DNA of 64,000 nt, taken from NCBI GenBank assembly GCA_030704615.1, contig CM060731.1, forward strand, positions 86,180,001 through 86,244,000, given 5' to 3'. Origin of the DNA: Takakia lepidozioides. Its lineage: Eukaryota > Plantae > Bryophyta. Positions within the stretch are counted from its first letter, which is position 1; each line of letters opens with the position of its first letter. Below are positions 38,253 through 52,660 of this stretch, piece by piece. Position numbers and translations under genes: made by a program. The notes under the pieces are model-generated. The model worked only from the letters and a program-made list of their open reading frames with translations, was not told where the DNA came from and made no database searches.

Positions 38253-41200
38253 TCAGGGCCGAGTCTGATGAGAGAGCAAAACAGGCTGAAATAGGTCGAA
38301 GAAGAACCTGTGCCCTCACCACACTGTCCTTGATCTTGTGTCATGACCCATGGAGGATTTGACAGACAAAAGGACCTCTAGTGTGTGCTGCTTGTGTCTG
38401 TAGTTAGGTAATGTCGGATTGGTCAGTGAGAACCACCACGGTGCAGCTGAGTGGGCAGAGATTGAAACACGGCCTGCTAAGACCAAGCTAACTCTCCCAA
38501 GAACCTTGTAAACATCAGGAAGAATACCAAATCATGGTACTAATAGGAGCCAACAACCCACATTTGCAGGATGGACAAACTTCTCACATCGTACATTAAG
38601 AAAAGCCACACTTTGCGATTGCGGTTGTCGCACCCTCGTGAAGGATCTTTAAAAAGCTCATGCCAGCTCTGTTCCATGATTCAAATTCAGGGCCGAGTCT
38701 GATGAGAGGGCAAAACAGGCTGAAATAGGTCGAAGAAGAAGGTGCCCTCACCACATTGTCCTCGACCTTGTGTCATGACCCATGGAGGATTTGACTGAAC
38801 ATGAACCCAAGATGACCTCTAGTGTGTGCTGCTTGTGTCTGTAGTTAGGTAATGTCGGATTGGTCAGTGAGAACCACCACGGTGCAGCTGAGTGGGCAGA
38901 GATTGAAACACGGCCTGCTAAGACCAAGCTAACTCTCCCAAGAACCTTGTAAACATCAGGAAGAATACCAAATCATGGTACTAATAGGAGCCAACAACCC
39001 ACATTTGCAGGATGGACAAACTTCTCACATCGTACATTAAGAAAAAGCCACACTTTGCGATTGCGGTTGTCGCACCCTCGTGAAGGATCTTTAAAAAGCT
39101 CATGCCAGCTCTGTTCCATGATTCAAATTCAGGGCCGAGTCTGATGAGAGGGCAAAACAGGCTGAAATAGGTCGAAGAAGAAGGTGCCCTCACCACATTG
39201 TCCTCGACCTTGTGTCATGACCCATGGAGGATTTGACTGAACATGAACCCAAGATGACCTCTAGTGTGTGCTGCTTGTGTCTGTAGTTAGGTAATGTCGG
39301 ATTGGTCAGTGAGAACCACCACGGTGCAGCTGAGTGGGCAGAGATTGAAACACGGCCTGCTAAGACCAAGCTAACTCTCCCAAGAACCTTGTAAACATCA
39401 GGAAGAATACCAAATCATGGTACTAATAGGAGCCAACAACCCACATTTGCAGGATGGACAAACTTCTCACATCGTACATTAAGAAAAAGCCACACTTTGC
39501 GATTGCGGTTGTCGCACCCTCGTGAAGGATCTTTAAAAAGCTCATGCCAGCTCTGTTCCATGATTCAAATTCAGGGCCGAGTCTGATGAGAGGGCAAAAC
39601 AGGCTGAAATAGGTCGAAGAAGAAGGTGCCCTCACCACATTGTCCTCGACCTTGTGTCATGACCCATGGAGGATTTGACTGAACATGAACCCAAGATGAC
39701 CTCTAGTGTGTGCTGCTTGTGTCTGTAGTTAGGTAATGTCGGATTGGTCAGTGAGAACCACCACGGTGCAGCTGAGTGGGCAGAGATTGAAACACGGCCT
39801 GCTAAGACCAAGCTAACTCTCCCAAGAACCTTGTAAACATCAGGAAGAATACCAAATCATGGTACTAATAGGAGCCAACAACCCACATTTGCAGGATGGA
39901 CAAACTTCTCACATCGTACATTAAGAAAAAGCCACACTTTGCGATTGCGGTTGTCGCACCCTCGTGAAGGATCTTTAAAAAGCTCATGCCAGCTCTGTTC
40001 CATGATTCAAATTCAGGGCCGAGTCTGATGAGAGGGCAAAACAGGCTGAAATAGGTCGAAGAAGAAGGTGCCCTCACCACATTGTCCTCGACCTTGTGTC
40101 ATGACCCATGGAGGATTTGACTGAACATGAACCCAAGATGACCTCTAGTGTGTGCTGCTTGTGTCTGTAGTTAGGTAATGTCGGATTGGTCAGTGAGAAC
40201 CACCACGGTGCAGCTGAGTGGGCAGAGATTGAAACACGGCCTGCTAAGACCAAGCTAACTCTCCCAAGAACCTTGTAAACATCAGGAAGAATACCAAATC
40301 ATGGTACTAATAGGAGCCAACAACCCACATTTGCAGGATGGACAAACTTCTCACATCGTACATTAAGAAAAAGCCACACTTTGCGATTGCGGTTGTCGCA
40401 CCCTCGTGAAGGATCTTTAAAAAGCTCATGCCAGCTCTGTTCCATGATTCAAATTCAGGGCCGAGTCTGATGAGAGGGCAAAACAGGCTGAAATAGGTCG
40501 AAGAAGAAGGTGCCCTCACCACATTGTCCTCGACCTTGTGTCATGACCCATGGAGGATTTGACTGAACATGAACCCAAGATGACCTCTAGTGTGTGCTGC
40601 TTGTGTCTGTAGTTAGGTAATGTCGGATTGGTCAGTGAGAACCACCACGGTGCAGCTGAGTGGGCAGAGATTGAAACACGGCCTGCTAAGACCAAGCTAA
40701 CTCTCCCAAGAACCTTGTAAACATCAGGAAGAATACCAAATCATGGTACTAATAGGAGCCAACAACCCACATTTGCAGGATGGACAAACTTCTCACATCG
40801 TACATTAAGAAAAAGCCACACTTTGCGATTGCGGTTGTCGCACCCTCGTGAAGGATCTTTAAAAAGCTCATGCCAGCTCTGTTCCATGATTCAAATTCAG
40901 GGCCGAGTCTGATGAGAGGGCAAAACAGGCTGAAATAGGTCGAAGAAGAAGGTGCCCTCACCACATTGTCCTCGACCTTGTGTCATGACCCATGGAGGAT
41001 TTGACTGAACATGAACCCAAGATGACCTCTAGTGTGTGCTGCTTGTGTCTGTAGTTAGGTAATGTCGGATTGGTCAGTGAGAACCACCACGGTGCAGCTG
41101 AGTGGGCAGAGATTGAAACACGGCCTGCTAAGACCAAGCTAACTCTCCCAAGAACCTTGTAAACATCAGGAAGAATACCAAATCATGGTACTAATAGGAG

Positions 41201-44200
41201 CCAACAACCCACATTTGCAGGATGGACAAACTTCTCACATCGTACATTAAGAAAAAGCCACACTTTGCGATTGCGGTTGTCGCACCCTCGTGAAGGATCT
41301 TTAAAAAGCTCATGCCAGCTCTGTTCCATGATTCAAATTCAGGGCCGAGTCTGATGAGAGGGCAAAACAGGCTGAAATAGGTCGAAGAAGAAGGTGCCCT
41401 CACCACATTGTCCTCGACCTTGTGTCATGACCCATGGAGGATTTGACTGAACATGAACCCAAGATGACCTCTAGTGTGTGCTGCTTGTGTCTGTAGTTAG
41501 GTAATGTCGGATTGGTCAGTGAGAACCACCACGGTGCAGCTGAGTGGGCAGAGATTGAAACACGGCCTGCTAAGACCAAGCTAACTCTCCCAAGAACCTT
41601 GTAAACATCAGGAAGAATACCAAATCATGGTACTAATAGGAGCCAACAACCCACATTTGCAGGATGGACAAACTTCTCACATCGTACATTAAGAAAAAGC
41701 CACACTTTGCGATTGCGGTTGTCGCACCCTCGTGAAGGATCTTTAAAAAGCTCATGCCAGCTCTGTTCCATGATTCAAATTCAGGGCCGAGTCTGATGAG
41801 AGGGCAAAACAGGCTGAAATAGGTCGAAGAAGAAGGTGCCCTCACCACATTGTCCTCGACCTTGTGTCATGACCCATGGAGGATTTGACTGAACATGAAC
41901 CCAAGATGACCTCTAGTGTGTGCTGCTTGTGTCTGTAGTTAGGTAATGTCGGATTGGTCAGTGAGAACCACCACGGTGCAGCTGAGTGGGCAGAGATTGA
42001 AACACGGCCTGCTAAGACCAAGCTAACTCTCCCAAGAACCTTGTAAACATCAGGAAGAATACCAAATCATGGTACTAATAGGAGCCAACAACCCACATTT
42101 GCAGGATGGACAAACTTCTCACATCGTACATTAAGAAAAAGCCACACTTTGCGATTGCGGTTGTCGCACCCTCGTGAAGGATCTTTAAAAAGCTCATGCC
42201 AGCTCTGTTCCATGATTCAAATTCAGGGCCGAGTCTGATGAGAGGGCAAAACAGGCTGAAATAGGTCGAAGAAGAAGGTGCCCTCACCACATTGTCCTCG
42301 ACCTTGTGTCATGACCCATGGAGGATTTGACTGAACATGAACCCAAGATGACCTCTAGTGTGTGCTGCTTGTGTCTGTAGTTAGGTAATGTCGGATTGGT
42401 CAGTGAGAACCACCACGGTGCAGCTGAGTGGGCAGAGATTGAAACACGGCCTGCTAAGACCAAGCTAACTCTCCCAAGAACCTTGTAAACATCAGGAAGA
42501 ATACCAAATCATGGTACTAATAGGAGCCAACAACCCACATTTGCAGGATGGACAAACTTCTCACATCGTACATTAAGAAAAAGCCACACTTTGCGATTGC
42601 GGTTGTCGCACCCTCGTGAAGGATCTTTAAAAAGCTCATGCCAGCTCTGTTCCATGATTCAAATTCAGGGCCGAGTCTGATGAGAGGGCAAAACAGGCTG
42701 AAATAGGTCGAAGAAGAAGGTGCCCTCACCACATTGTCCTCGACCTTGTGTCATGACCCATGGAGGATTTGACTGAACATGAACCCAAGATGACCTCTAG
42801 TGTGTGCTGCTTGTGTCTGTAGTTAGGTAATGTCGGATTGGTCAGTGAGAACCACCACGGTGCAGCTGAGTGGGCAGAGATTGAAACACGGCCTGCTAAG
42901 ACCAAGCTAACTCTCCCAAGAACCTTGTAAACATCAGGAAGAATACCAAATCATGGTACTAATAGGAGCCAACAACCCACATTTGCAGGATGGACAAACT
43001 TCTCACATCGTACATTAAGAAAAAGCCACACTTTGCGATTGCGGTTGTCGCACCCTCGTGAAGGATCTTTAAAAAGCTCATGCCAGCTCTGTTCCATGAT
43101 TCAAATTCAGGGCCGAGTCTGATGAGAGGGCAAAACAGGCTGAAATAGGTCGAAGAAGAAGGTGCCCTCACCACATTGTCCTCGACCTTGTGTCATGACC
43201 CATGGAGGATTTGACTGAACATGAACCCAAGATGACCTCTAGTGTGTGCTGCTTGTGTCTGTAGTTAGGTAATGTCGGATTGGTCAGTGAGAACCACCAC
43301 GGTGCAGCTGAGTGGGCAGAGATTGAAACACGGCCTGCTAAGACCAAGCTAACTCTCCCAAGAACCTTGTAAACATCAGGAAGAATACCAAATCATGGTA
43401 CTAATAGGAGCCAACAACCCACATTTGCAGGATGGACAAACTTCTCACATCGTACATTAAGAAAAAGCCACACTTTGCGATTGCGGTTGTCGCACCCTCG
43501 TGAAGGATCTTTAAAAAGCTCATGCCAGCTCTGTTCCATGATTCAAATTCAGGGCCGAGTCTGATGAGAGGGCAAAACAGGCTGAAATAGGTCGAAGAAG
43601 AAGGTGCCCTCACCACATTGTCCTCGACCTTGTGTCATGACCCATGGAGGATTTGACTGAACATGAACCCAAGATGACCTCTAGTGTGTGCTGCTTGTGT
43701 CTGTAGTTAGGTAATGTCGGATTGGTCAGTGAGAACCACCACGGTGCAGCTGAGTGGGCAGAGATTGAAACACGGCCTGCTAAGACCAAGCTAACTCTCC
43801 CAAGAACCTTGTAAACATCAGGAAGAATACCAAATCATGGTACTAATAGGAGCCAACAACCCACATTTGCAGGATGGACAAACTTCTCACATCGTACATT
43901 AAGAAAAAGCCACACTTTGCGATTGCGGTTGTCGCACCCTCGTGAAGGATCTTTAAAAAGCTCATGCCAGCTCTGTTCCATGATTCAAATTCAGGGCCGA
44001 GTCTGATGAGAGGGCAAAACAGGCTGAAATAGGTCGAAGAAGAAGGTGCCCTCACCACATTGTCCTCGACCTTGTGTCATGACCCATGGAGGATTTGACT
44101 GAACATGAACCCAAGATGACCTCTAGTGTGTGCTGCTTGTGTCTGTAGTTAGGTAATGTCGGATTGGTCAGTGAGAACCACCACGGTGCAGCTGAGTGGG

Positions 44201-47200
44201 CAGAGATTGAAACACGGCCTGCTAAGACCAAGCTAACTCTCCCAAGAACCTTGTAAACATCAGGAAGAATACCAAATCATGGTACTAATAGGAGCCAACA
44301 ACCCACATTTGCAGGATGGACAAACTTCTCACATCGTACATTAAGAAAAAGCCACACTTTGCGATTGCGGTTGTCGCACCCTCGTGAAGGATCTTTAAAA
44401 AGCTCATGCCAGCTCTGTTCCATGATTCAAATTCAGGGCCGAGTCTGATGAGAGGGCAAAACAGGCTGAAATAGGTCGAAGAAGAAGGTGCCCTCACCAC
44501 ATTGTCCTCGACCTTGTGTCATGACCCATGGAGGATTTGACTGAACATGAACCCAAGATGACCTCTAGTGTGTGCTGCTTGTGTCTGTAGTTAGGTAATG
44601 TCGGATTGGTCAGTGAGAACCACCACGGTGCAGCTGAGTGGGCAGAGATTGAAACACGGCCTGCTAAGACCAAGCTAACTCTCCCAAGAACCTTGTAAAC
44701 ATCAGGAAGAATACCAAATCATGGTACTAATAGGAGCCAACAACCCACATTTGCAGGATGGACAAACTTCTCACATCGTACATTAAGAAAAAGCCACACT
44801 TTGCGATTGCGGTTGTCGCACCCTCGTGAAGGATCTTTAAAAAGCTCATGCCAGCTCTGTTCCATGATTCAAATTCAGGGCCGAGTCTGATGAGAGGGCA
44901 AAACAGGCTGAAATAGGTCGAAGAAGAAGGTGCCCTCACCACATTGTCCTCGACCTTGTGTCATGACCCATGGAGGATTTGACTGAACATGAACCCAAGA
45001 TGACCTCTAGTGTGTGCTGCTTGTGTCTGTAGTTAGGTAATGTACTTTGCGATTGCGGTTGTCGCACCCTCGTGAAGGATCTTTAAAAAGCTCATGCCAG
45101 CTCTGTTCCATGATTCAAATTCAGGGCCGAGTCTGATGAGAGGGCAAAACAGGCTGAAATAGGTCGAAGAAGAAGGTGCCCTCACCACATTGTCCTCGAC
45201 CTTGTGTCATGACCCATGGAGGATTTGACTGAACATGAACCCAAGATGACCTCTAGTGTGTGCTGCTTGTGTCTGTAGTTAGGTAATGTCGGATTGGTCA
45301 GTGAGAACCACCACGGTGCAGCTGAGTGGGCAGAGATTGAAACACGGCCTGCTAAGACCAAGCTAACTCTCCCAAGAACCTTGTAAACATCAGGAAGAAT
45401 ACCAAATCATGGTACTAATAGGAGCCAACAACCCACATTTGCAGGATGGACAAACTTCTCACATCGTACATTAAGAAAAAGCCACACTTTGCGATTGCGG
45501 TTGTCGCACCCTCGTGAAGGATCTTTAAAAAGCTCATGCCAGCTCTGTTCCATGATTCAAATTCAGGGCCGAGTCTGATGAGAGGGCAAAACAGGCTGAA
45601 ATAGGTCGAAGAAGAAGGTGCCCTCACCACATTGTCCTCGACCTTGTGTCATGACCCATGGAGGATTTGACTGAACATGAACCCAAGATGACCTCTAGTG
45701 TGTGCTGCTTGTGTCTGTAGTTAGGTAATGTCGGATTGGTCAGTGAGAACCACCACGGTGCAGCTGAGTGGGCAGAGATTGAAACACGGCCTGCTAAGAC
45801 CAAGCTAACTCTCCCAAGAACCTTGTAAACATCAGGAAGAATACCAAATCATGGTACTAATAGGAGCCAACAACCCACATTTGCAGGATGGACAAACTTC
45901 TCACATCGTACATTAAGAAAAAGCCACACTTTGCGATTGCGGTTGTCGCACCCTCGTGAAGGATCTTTAAAAAGCTCATGCCAGCTCTGTTCCATGATTC
46001 AAATTCAGGGCCGAGTCTGATGAGAGGGCAAAACAGGCTGAAATAGGTCGAAGAAGAAGGTGCCCTCACCACATTGTCCTCGACCTTGTGTCATGACCCA
46101 TGGAGGATTTGACTGAACATGAACCCAAGATGACCTCTAGTGTGTGCTGCTTGTGTCTGTAGTTAGGTAATGTCGGATTGGTCAGTGAGAACCACCACGG
46201 TGCAGCTGAGTGGGCAGAGATTGAAACACGGCCTGCTAAGACCAAGCTAACTCTCCCAAGAACCTTGTAAACATCAGGAAGAATACCAAATCATGGTACT
46301 AATAGGAGCCAACAACCCACATTTGCAGGATGGACAAACTTCTCACATCGTACATTAAGAAAAAGCCACACTTTGCGATTGCGGTTGTCGCACCCTCGTG
46401 AAGGATCTTTAAAAAGCTCATGCCAGCTCTGTTCCATGATTCAAATTCAGGGCCGAGTCTGATGAGAGGGCAAAACAGGCTGAAATAGGTCGAAGAAGAA
46501 GGTGCCCTCACCACATTGTCCTCGACCTTGTGTCATGACCCATGGAGGATTTGACTGAACATGAACCCAAGATGACCTCTAGTGTGTGCTGCTTGTGTCT
46601 GTAGTTAGGTAATGTCGGATTGGTCAGTGAGAACCACCACGGTGCAGCTGAGTGGGCAGAGATTGAAACACGGCCTGCTAAGACCAAGCTAACTCTCCCA
46701 AGAACCTTGTAAACATCAGGAAGAATACCAAATCATGGTACTAATAGGAGCCAACAACCCACATTTGCAGGATGGACAAACTTCTCACATCGTACATTAA
46801 GAAAAAGCCACACTTTGCGATTGCGCTTGTCGCACCCTCGTGAAGGATCTTTAAAAAGCTCATGCCAGCTCTGTTCCATGATTCAAATTCAGGGCCGAGT
46901 CTGATGAGAGGGCAAAACAGGCTGAAATAGGTCGAAGAAGAAGGTGCCCTCACCACATTGTCCTCGACCTTGTGTCATGACCCATGGAGGATTTGACTGA
47001 ACATGAACCCAAGATGACCTCTAGTGTGTGCTGCTTGTGTCTGTAGTTAGGTAATGTCGGATTGGTCAGTGAGAACCACCACGGTGCAGCTGAGTGGGCA
47101 GAGATTGAAACACGGCCTGCTAAGACCAAGCTAACTCTCCCAAGAACCTTGTAAACATCAGGAAGAATACCAAATCATGGTACTAATAGGAGCCAACAAC

Positions 47201-47836
47201 CCACATTTGCAGGATGGACAAACTTCTCACATCGTACATTAAGAAAAAGCCACACTTTGCGATTGCGGTTGTCGCACCCTCGTGAAGGATCTTTAAAAAG
47301 CTCATGCCAGCTCTGTTCCATGATTCAAATTCAGGGCCGAGTCTGATGAGAGGGCAAAACAGGCTGAAATAGGTCGAAGAAGAAGGTGCCCTCACCACAT
47401 TGTCCTCGACCTTGTGTCATGACCCATGGAGGATTTGACTGAACATGAACCCAAGATGACCTCTAGTGTGTGCTGCTTGTGTCTGTAGTTAGGTAATGTC
47501 GGATTGGTCAGTGAGAACCACCACGGTGCAGCTGAGTGGGCAGAGATTGAAACACGGCCTGCTAAGACCAAGCTAACTCTCCCAAGAACCTTGTAAACAT
47601 CAGGAAGAATACCAAATCATGGTACTAATAGGAGCCAACAACCCACATTTGCAGGATGGACAAACTTCTCACATCGTACATTAAGAAAAAGCCACACTTT
47701 GCGATTGCGCTTGTCGCACCCTCGTGAAGGATCTTTAAAAAGCTCATGCCAGCTCTGTTCCATGATTCAAATTCAGGGCCGAGCGGGTAGAGATTGAAAC
47801 ACGGCCTGCTAAGACGAAGCTGACTCTCCCAAGAAC
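38253..47836. repeat. Tandem array of 442-bp units (~21 full units plus one 246-bp deleted unit)
   Basis: An identical 71-aa ORF recurs every 442 bp; one 688-bp step reflects a 196-bp deletion at ~45043. Confidence 0.98.
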
Positions 47837-48379
47837 GGCGGGCTCCCAGCCGAAACCTCCTCGCACACATACCCTAGCGTTTCTAGGGTTGCTTGCTCCA
47901 GATGCGAAGGTTGATCCAACTGCGGGCCTCCCATGCATGTTTGCCCTCTCTCCCGCTCGCTCACTCTAAGTCCCAACCCTCTCTCTCTCTCCCTCCCGCT
48001 CGCTACAAGTCTGTTCACGCTACCGTAATGGGCAACTTTTTAAGTTTTTTAACCTTTTTGTAAACCCTAAAAGCCCCTCTTTGATTTTTTTTCTTTTTTT
48101 CTTTTCTTAAAGGAAACCACAGGCCCTTGAGGAGGGGGGAAAATTCACCCGCCTTCATTTATGGGCCATAAGACGTACATGACGATCAACGCCCAGACAT
48201 ACCGTCACGAACAATCCCACACACAGGATAAGGCAGCGGGTTTGAACCCCAAACCACCAGGCGACACACTGTGCACTTACCAGCCGATGTGTTTTTTTGT
48301 TTTTTTTTTAATTCATTCTAGTGGTCAGAGTCTCCGTTTTTTCAAAATATAAATACTCATATATTATATATATAACCAG

Positions 48380-48730
48380 AAAAACATGTGTCGACACGTG
48401 CAGTCATGTAGTGATTCATCCATGTGTTGATCTGGCAGAATGCATTAGAGTGAGAGTCATGAAGTCATATGTCTTTCTAGCAATATACACACGTCATTCC
48501 AGTGTAGCCATGACCGTGACTGGTAGTCATATCTGCCATGCCAATATTCGTGGTCAAACATGTTTGACCTGTGTTGCGCAGAGTCCGGAGCCATGCAGTC
48601 GCATATACGCCTTCCCCAGACCTGCATTATGACTTCAAAAGCATTTTACGACTGCAAATGGCATTTCTGCCACAAATCTGTCATGACTGCGCACCCATGG
48701 GAGTCATAAAAGCCGCAATCTGTTGTAGTG
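48380..48730. mobile_element. CACTA-type terminus (reverse complement CACTACAACAG...) with GTCATG/CATGAC subterminal motifs
   Basis: Ends TGTTGTAGTG at 48730; partner end not found in the window. Confidence 0.6.
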
Positions 48731-48904
48731 AAATTCATGCTCAAACCGGGCACAATTTATTTGGAAGAAGAAAAGAAAGATATTCCTGGACAGGTTGACG
48801 AGACCATTGTCGTGCTAGGTAACGACGGAGGTTGCGGAATTGAATGGCACGTACCCGACAACATGTACATTCTGAGTTACCCGTGGGGCAACTGAGTCAA
48901 CTGG

Positions 48905-49871
48905 CTATGGTGGTTGTGGTACTGAGGTGACTTTTTCCTCCCTCTCCAAAGGCCATGCTTCCAGCAATAACAGCCCCCTGTGCTGCTGTTCCCCATCCTG
49001 CACAAGAGCTATGGAAACATCATCTTGTGGTTTCCTTATAGCTAGTGGATCTGCCACTACCGTCACATCCTGCTTCTGTCTCTTGGACTGGTGCTGCCCC
49101 TCCAATCCCCCTTCACCTTGTGAAGAGCCCTGCTCCTCAATTGCAGTTGTGGCTGTCTCAAACACTCCCATCTCTTTGCGTTCTCGCGCATCAAGCAAAC
49201 AAGAGTCAAGGATAATTTGCGCAATTATTGGGCCAGACACAATGATCGGGGACTTAGCAGTAGTATTTTGTAACCGCTTCATCTCTTCCACCAGACCATT
49301 GTACATCAACTCCGCCCAAGCCACATCCTCTCCCCTCAAGGCTTTCAATACCTCCTCCGTGAAAGATCTGCTAAGGTACTGTTGGTTCTGTTTCATGGCA
49401 AACAGAACGTTCAGTATTTGGCCAACTTCCCTTAACCTTGGGTACTCAGCCTTGGTGCAGGTGTATCCCTGGGTCTTAAAAAAACTTGTTTCTTGGATCA
49501 AATCCCCTATCTGCAATCCTGCCCTGTGCTCATCCACATTTACATGGCCCGATGGCAATTCAAACAGTTGCTGCAAGTACTGGGGAGTAATCTCTATATC
49601 TACTCCCCTCACCTGTGTAACTCCTGTCCGAGGCTCAAAGGAATTGAATCATGAACCCCCGATGATGCAAGGACCATTCTTTGCGTAGCAGCCCTTCCAA
49701 TCGCAACTCCTTCAGCAGTTGCACTGCCTGTGGTGTAGCAATTGTTTGCTTCTGTAGAATCGTGGTGCTCTTCACCCTGATATCCTCCATTCCCCTAATT
49801 CTCTTCATCCCAGACAAACAAGAAGGCCTTGTTTGGAATAGCTGTAGGAAAGCTTGCAGGGCGTAAAGCAT
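48905..49871 (-). pseudogene. Additional 3' ORF of the Gypsy element, frameshifted
   Basis: Same strand as pol and downstream of it; VRGVDIEITPQYLQQLFELP resembles accessory ORFs of plant non-chromovirus Gypsy elements. Confidence 0.5.
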
Positions 49872-49925
49872 GAAAGTATGGCTGGCACAGAAAGAAACGG
49901 GTAAGTGAGTGTAAGCATGTGGGGC

Positions 49926-50567
49926 TTACAAATAGTGAGTGAGAGAGAATGTCCTTTCAACCCGTCCGTCCTTGCGCCACTGCGTAAGAAGTAAAGCTAG
50001 CGTATAGTCTGTGATATCCGCCATAGCTACAAAGCTATAGCTTTGATTGCCCCTCCCGTCGAGATGCTGGTTATTCGGAGCAACCCCGACTCTTCCGCTC
50101 ATAACTTTTCTAATTTCTTGTTCTTGTTTCTTGGAGGGAACCTCTTGCATGAAATTCACGTTCCTGATTGGCTGTTGCCTCAACGGGTAACTTCTCAATT
50201 TTACCCCCATCTGTTCACATTCCCACTTGGAATGCCCACTAGGACAGCACATGTGGCAAAGGTCCCCCTTTGCTGTACGCGTAAAGGGTTCCATTACCCG
50301 CCCCCTGGATGCATTTATGGGCCCGTAATTAGTTTCGGCTGATGTACAGGGTAGGTACTTCGACAGCCATGTTTGTCTTCTTGCATGATGGTGCCCTCTA
50401 TCACAGTACATGCAATGCGGAGTGCTTTGCTCCTTAGGACACGTGTTTGAATTCAAACACTCTCCCGTCTCCCTTTGTCCGCGTGGCTTATTCTCCGAGT
50501 TTGACTTCCAAACTGCCTTTACACTCACCGGCCACGTTTCTGACATTAACCCACATCCACCTGTCAC
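49926..50567 (-). other. ORF with a gag-like CCHC zinc knuckle downstream of integrase
   Basis: CHMCCPSGHSKWEC matches C-x2-C-x4-H-x4-C, followed by RNVNFM. Confidence 0.45.
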
Positions 50568-50654
50568 TGATCCTATGGACTGTGCAACCTGTGTAGGCTG
50601 TGTTGGGCTGTGACAGGCTGTGTCAAATTGTGGTGAGCTGTGATAGGCTATGTT

Positions 50655-52553
50655 TTACTGTGGTGAGTTGTGATGACTGTGTGAACACCCGTGTTCTCTG
50701 CTCAGGCCATACACATTTGGCTTTACGATAAGTGCTTCATGCTCCGTTGGTATTACCGGTGTAGTCAGTGATTGCATCTGTGTTTCAAGATGCAAATCAT
50801 GCTGCAATGGTTTATCATGGATACCACTGTATCCCTTCAGCTTATTGGCATTGACTCTTCCAAGCATATCTTTGTCAATGGTTTGTAACATGGTTGTGTT
50901 GTTATCATACATTTTCTGTATGACATAAGGTCCTTTCCATGGTGACTTAAGCTTAGAAGCTTTAATCTTCCCCTTCTTCTGCAACCACAGTACCAAATCA
51001 CCCGTCTTGAAAGTTTTCAATTTACCTTCATCAAATTGATCCTTCCTCCTCATCTGAATTCTGGTCATGTTATCTGCTGCATCAACACGTACATCTTCCA
51101 CATGGTAAAACTCATGTTTCCTGACTTTAATTGAATCCTCCAATTCCATTCTCCTTCCCCATTCAGTTCTCATGGTAGGTAATAAGAATTCTACTGGTAG
51201 CAAAACTTCCATATCATAAACTAATTGGAATGGTGTATACTTGGTTGTGACTTTATATGAAGTCATGTATGACCACAAAGCTGTCAGTAGCTTTGTATCC
51301 CAATCCGTTCTGTTTGCATTGACTATCTTAGCCAAGATAGTGCATAGTATTTTGTTGGTGGCCTCTGCCTGCCCATTGCCATGTGGGTAATAGGTTGTAC
51401 TCTTCCTGTGCACAATCATGAACTCTTTAGTCAATAATTCTATGGTCTCATTAATGAAGTGACTTCCCTGATCACTGATAAATTCCAGGGGACAGCCAAA
51501 TCTCGTGAGTATGCTCTTATACAGGAACCTTGTTGTGGACTTAGCTGTGTTGTCCCTCAGAGCCTTAGCTTCCACCCACTTTGTAGTATAATCAGTGGTT
51601 GTGATTATATATTTGTTATGTGTATTCCTGGCTGGTGGATTAATTGGTCCAACAAAGTCTAGTCCCCATTTCTGAAATGGTTCAGTAGGCATTGTAGGAT
51701 GCAAAGCCATCTTCCCAGATCTTTGCAAAGGTCCTAGCCTCTGACACTCATCACAACTCTTGCAATACTTGTGTACATCTTTGAACAAAGTAGGCCACCA
51801 GTAACCTGCAAGTAATATTTTCCTACTGGCAGTCTCCTCTCCAAAATGTCCTCCAGCCACTCCTTTATGAACTTCCTCCAAAACTTTATTTACTTCATGG
51901 TGGTACAAGCATCGTTTAAGAACTCCATCAGGTCCTAGCTTATACATTCTGCCACCTATCATAGTATAGGGTAAAGCCTTGATAGTTATTCTCTTCCTCT
52001 GTTCCTTCCCATAACCGGATGGGCACTGACCATGAGTAAGGTAGTATCTGATTGGCCACTGCCAATCTAACCAATCATCCGCACTTCCTTGCACCTCCAC
52101 TGCAAATAGACTCGCATCAGGTAGTTGGTCGTCTACTCCTGTGGCGGACTCTCCTGTTGATAGGAGTGACAAGTGATCTGCCACAAGATGCAAATAGACA
52201 GGCTTGTAAACAACTTCGAATTCAAACTCGTGCAAGATTATTAACCATCTTGCTATCCTGCCACTTATCAAAGGCTTGTTCACCAGATAAATCAAAGCCT
52301 GATGATCCACATAAAACATAAACTTCCTTCCCAATAGGTAATGCCTGAATTTCTTGACTGCACAAATCATTGCCAATGCTTCTATTTCAGTTGTGCTATA
52401 GTTCCTTTCAGCACTGTTCAACAACCTGCTAGCATAGTACACAGGTGAATCTATGTTTCCTGTGACATTTTGGGCTAACACAGCTCCCAATGCTTCTCTT
52501 GAGGCATCACAGTGTACATGAAATACTACATGCCAGTGAGGGTTAATTAGCAT
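50655..52553 (-). mobile_element. Ty3/Gypsy pol fragment (RNase H + integrase), 5'-truncated
   Basis: HCDAS..LGAVL, YYASR, ERNYSTTEIEALA, VDHQAL; H..GGHFG, YWWP, CDECQ; WGLDFVGP, SDQGSHF, GNGQAE; WKGPY. No LTR identified. Confidence 0.95.
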
Positions 52554-52660
52554 AGTTATTTGCTTGCTTTGCTCTTGCTTTGTTGTAGTCTAGTTTGCTT
52601 GAGGGAGTGAGAGCTCAGTGGGATGCGGTTACCTGATCGAGAACCGAAACCTTCTTTGCG

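Noticed and set aside
38981-47870. Repeated 71-aa ORF as a tandem gene family
   Set aside because: It is a by-product of the repeat unit: non-ATG start, no recognisable motif, and broken in the first unit.
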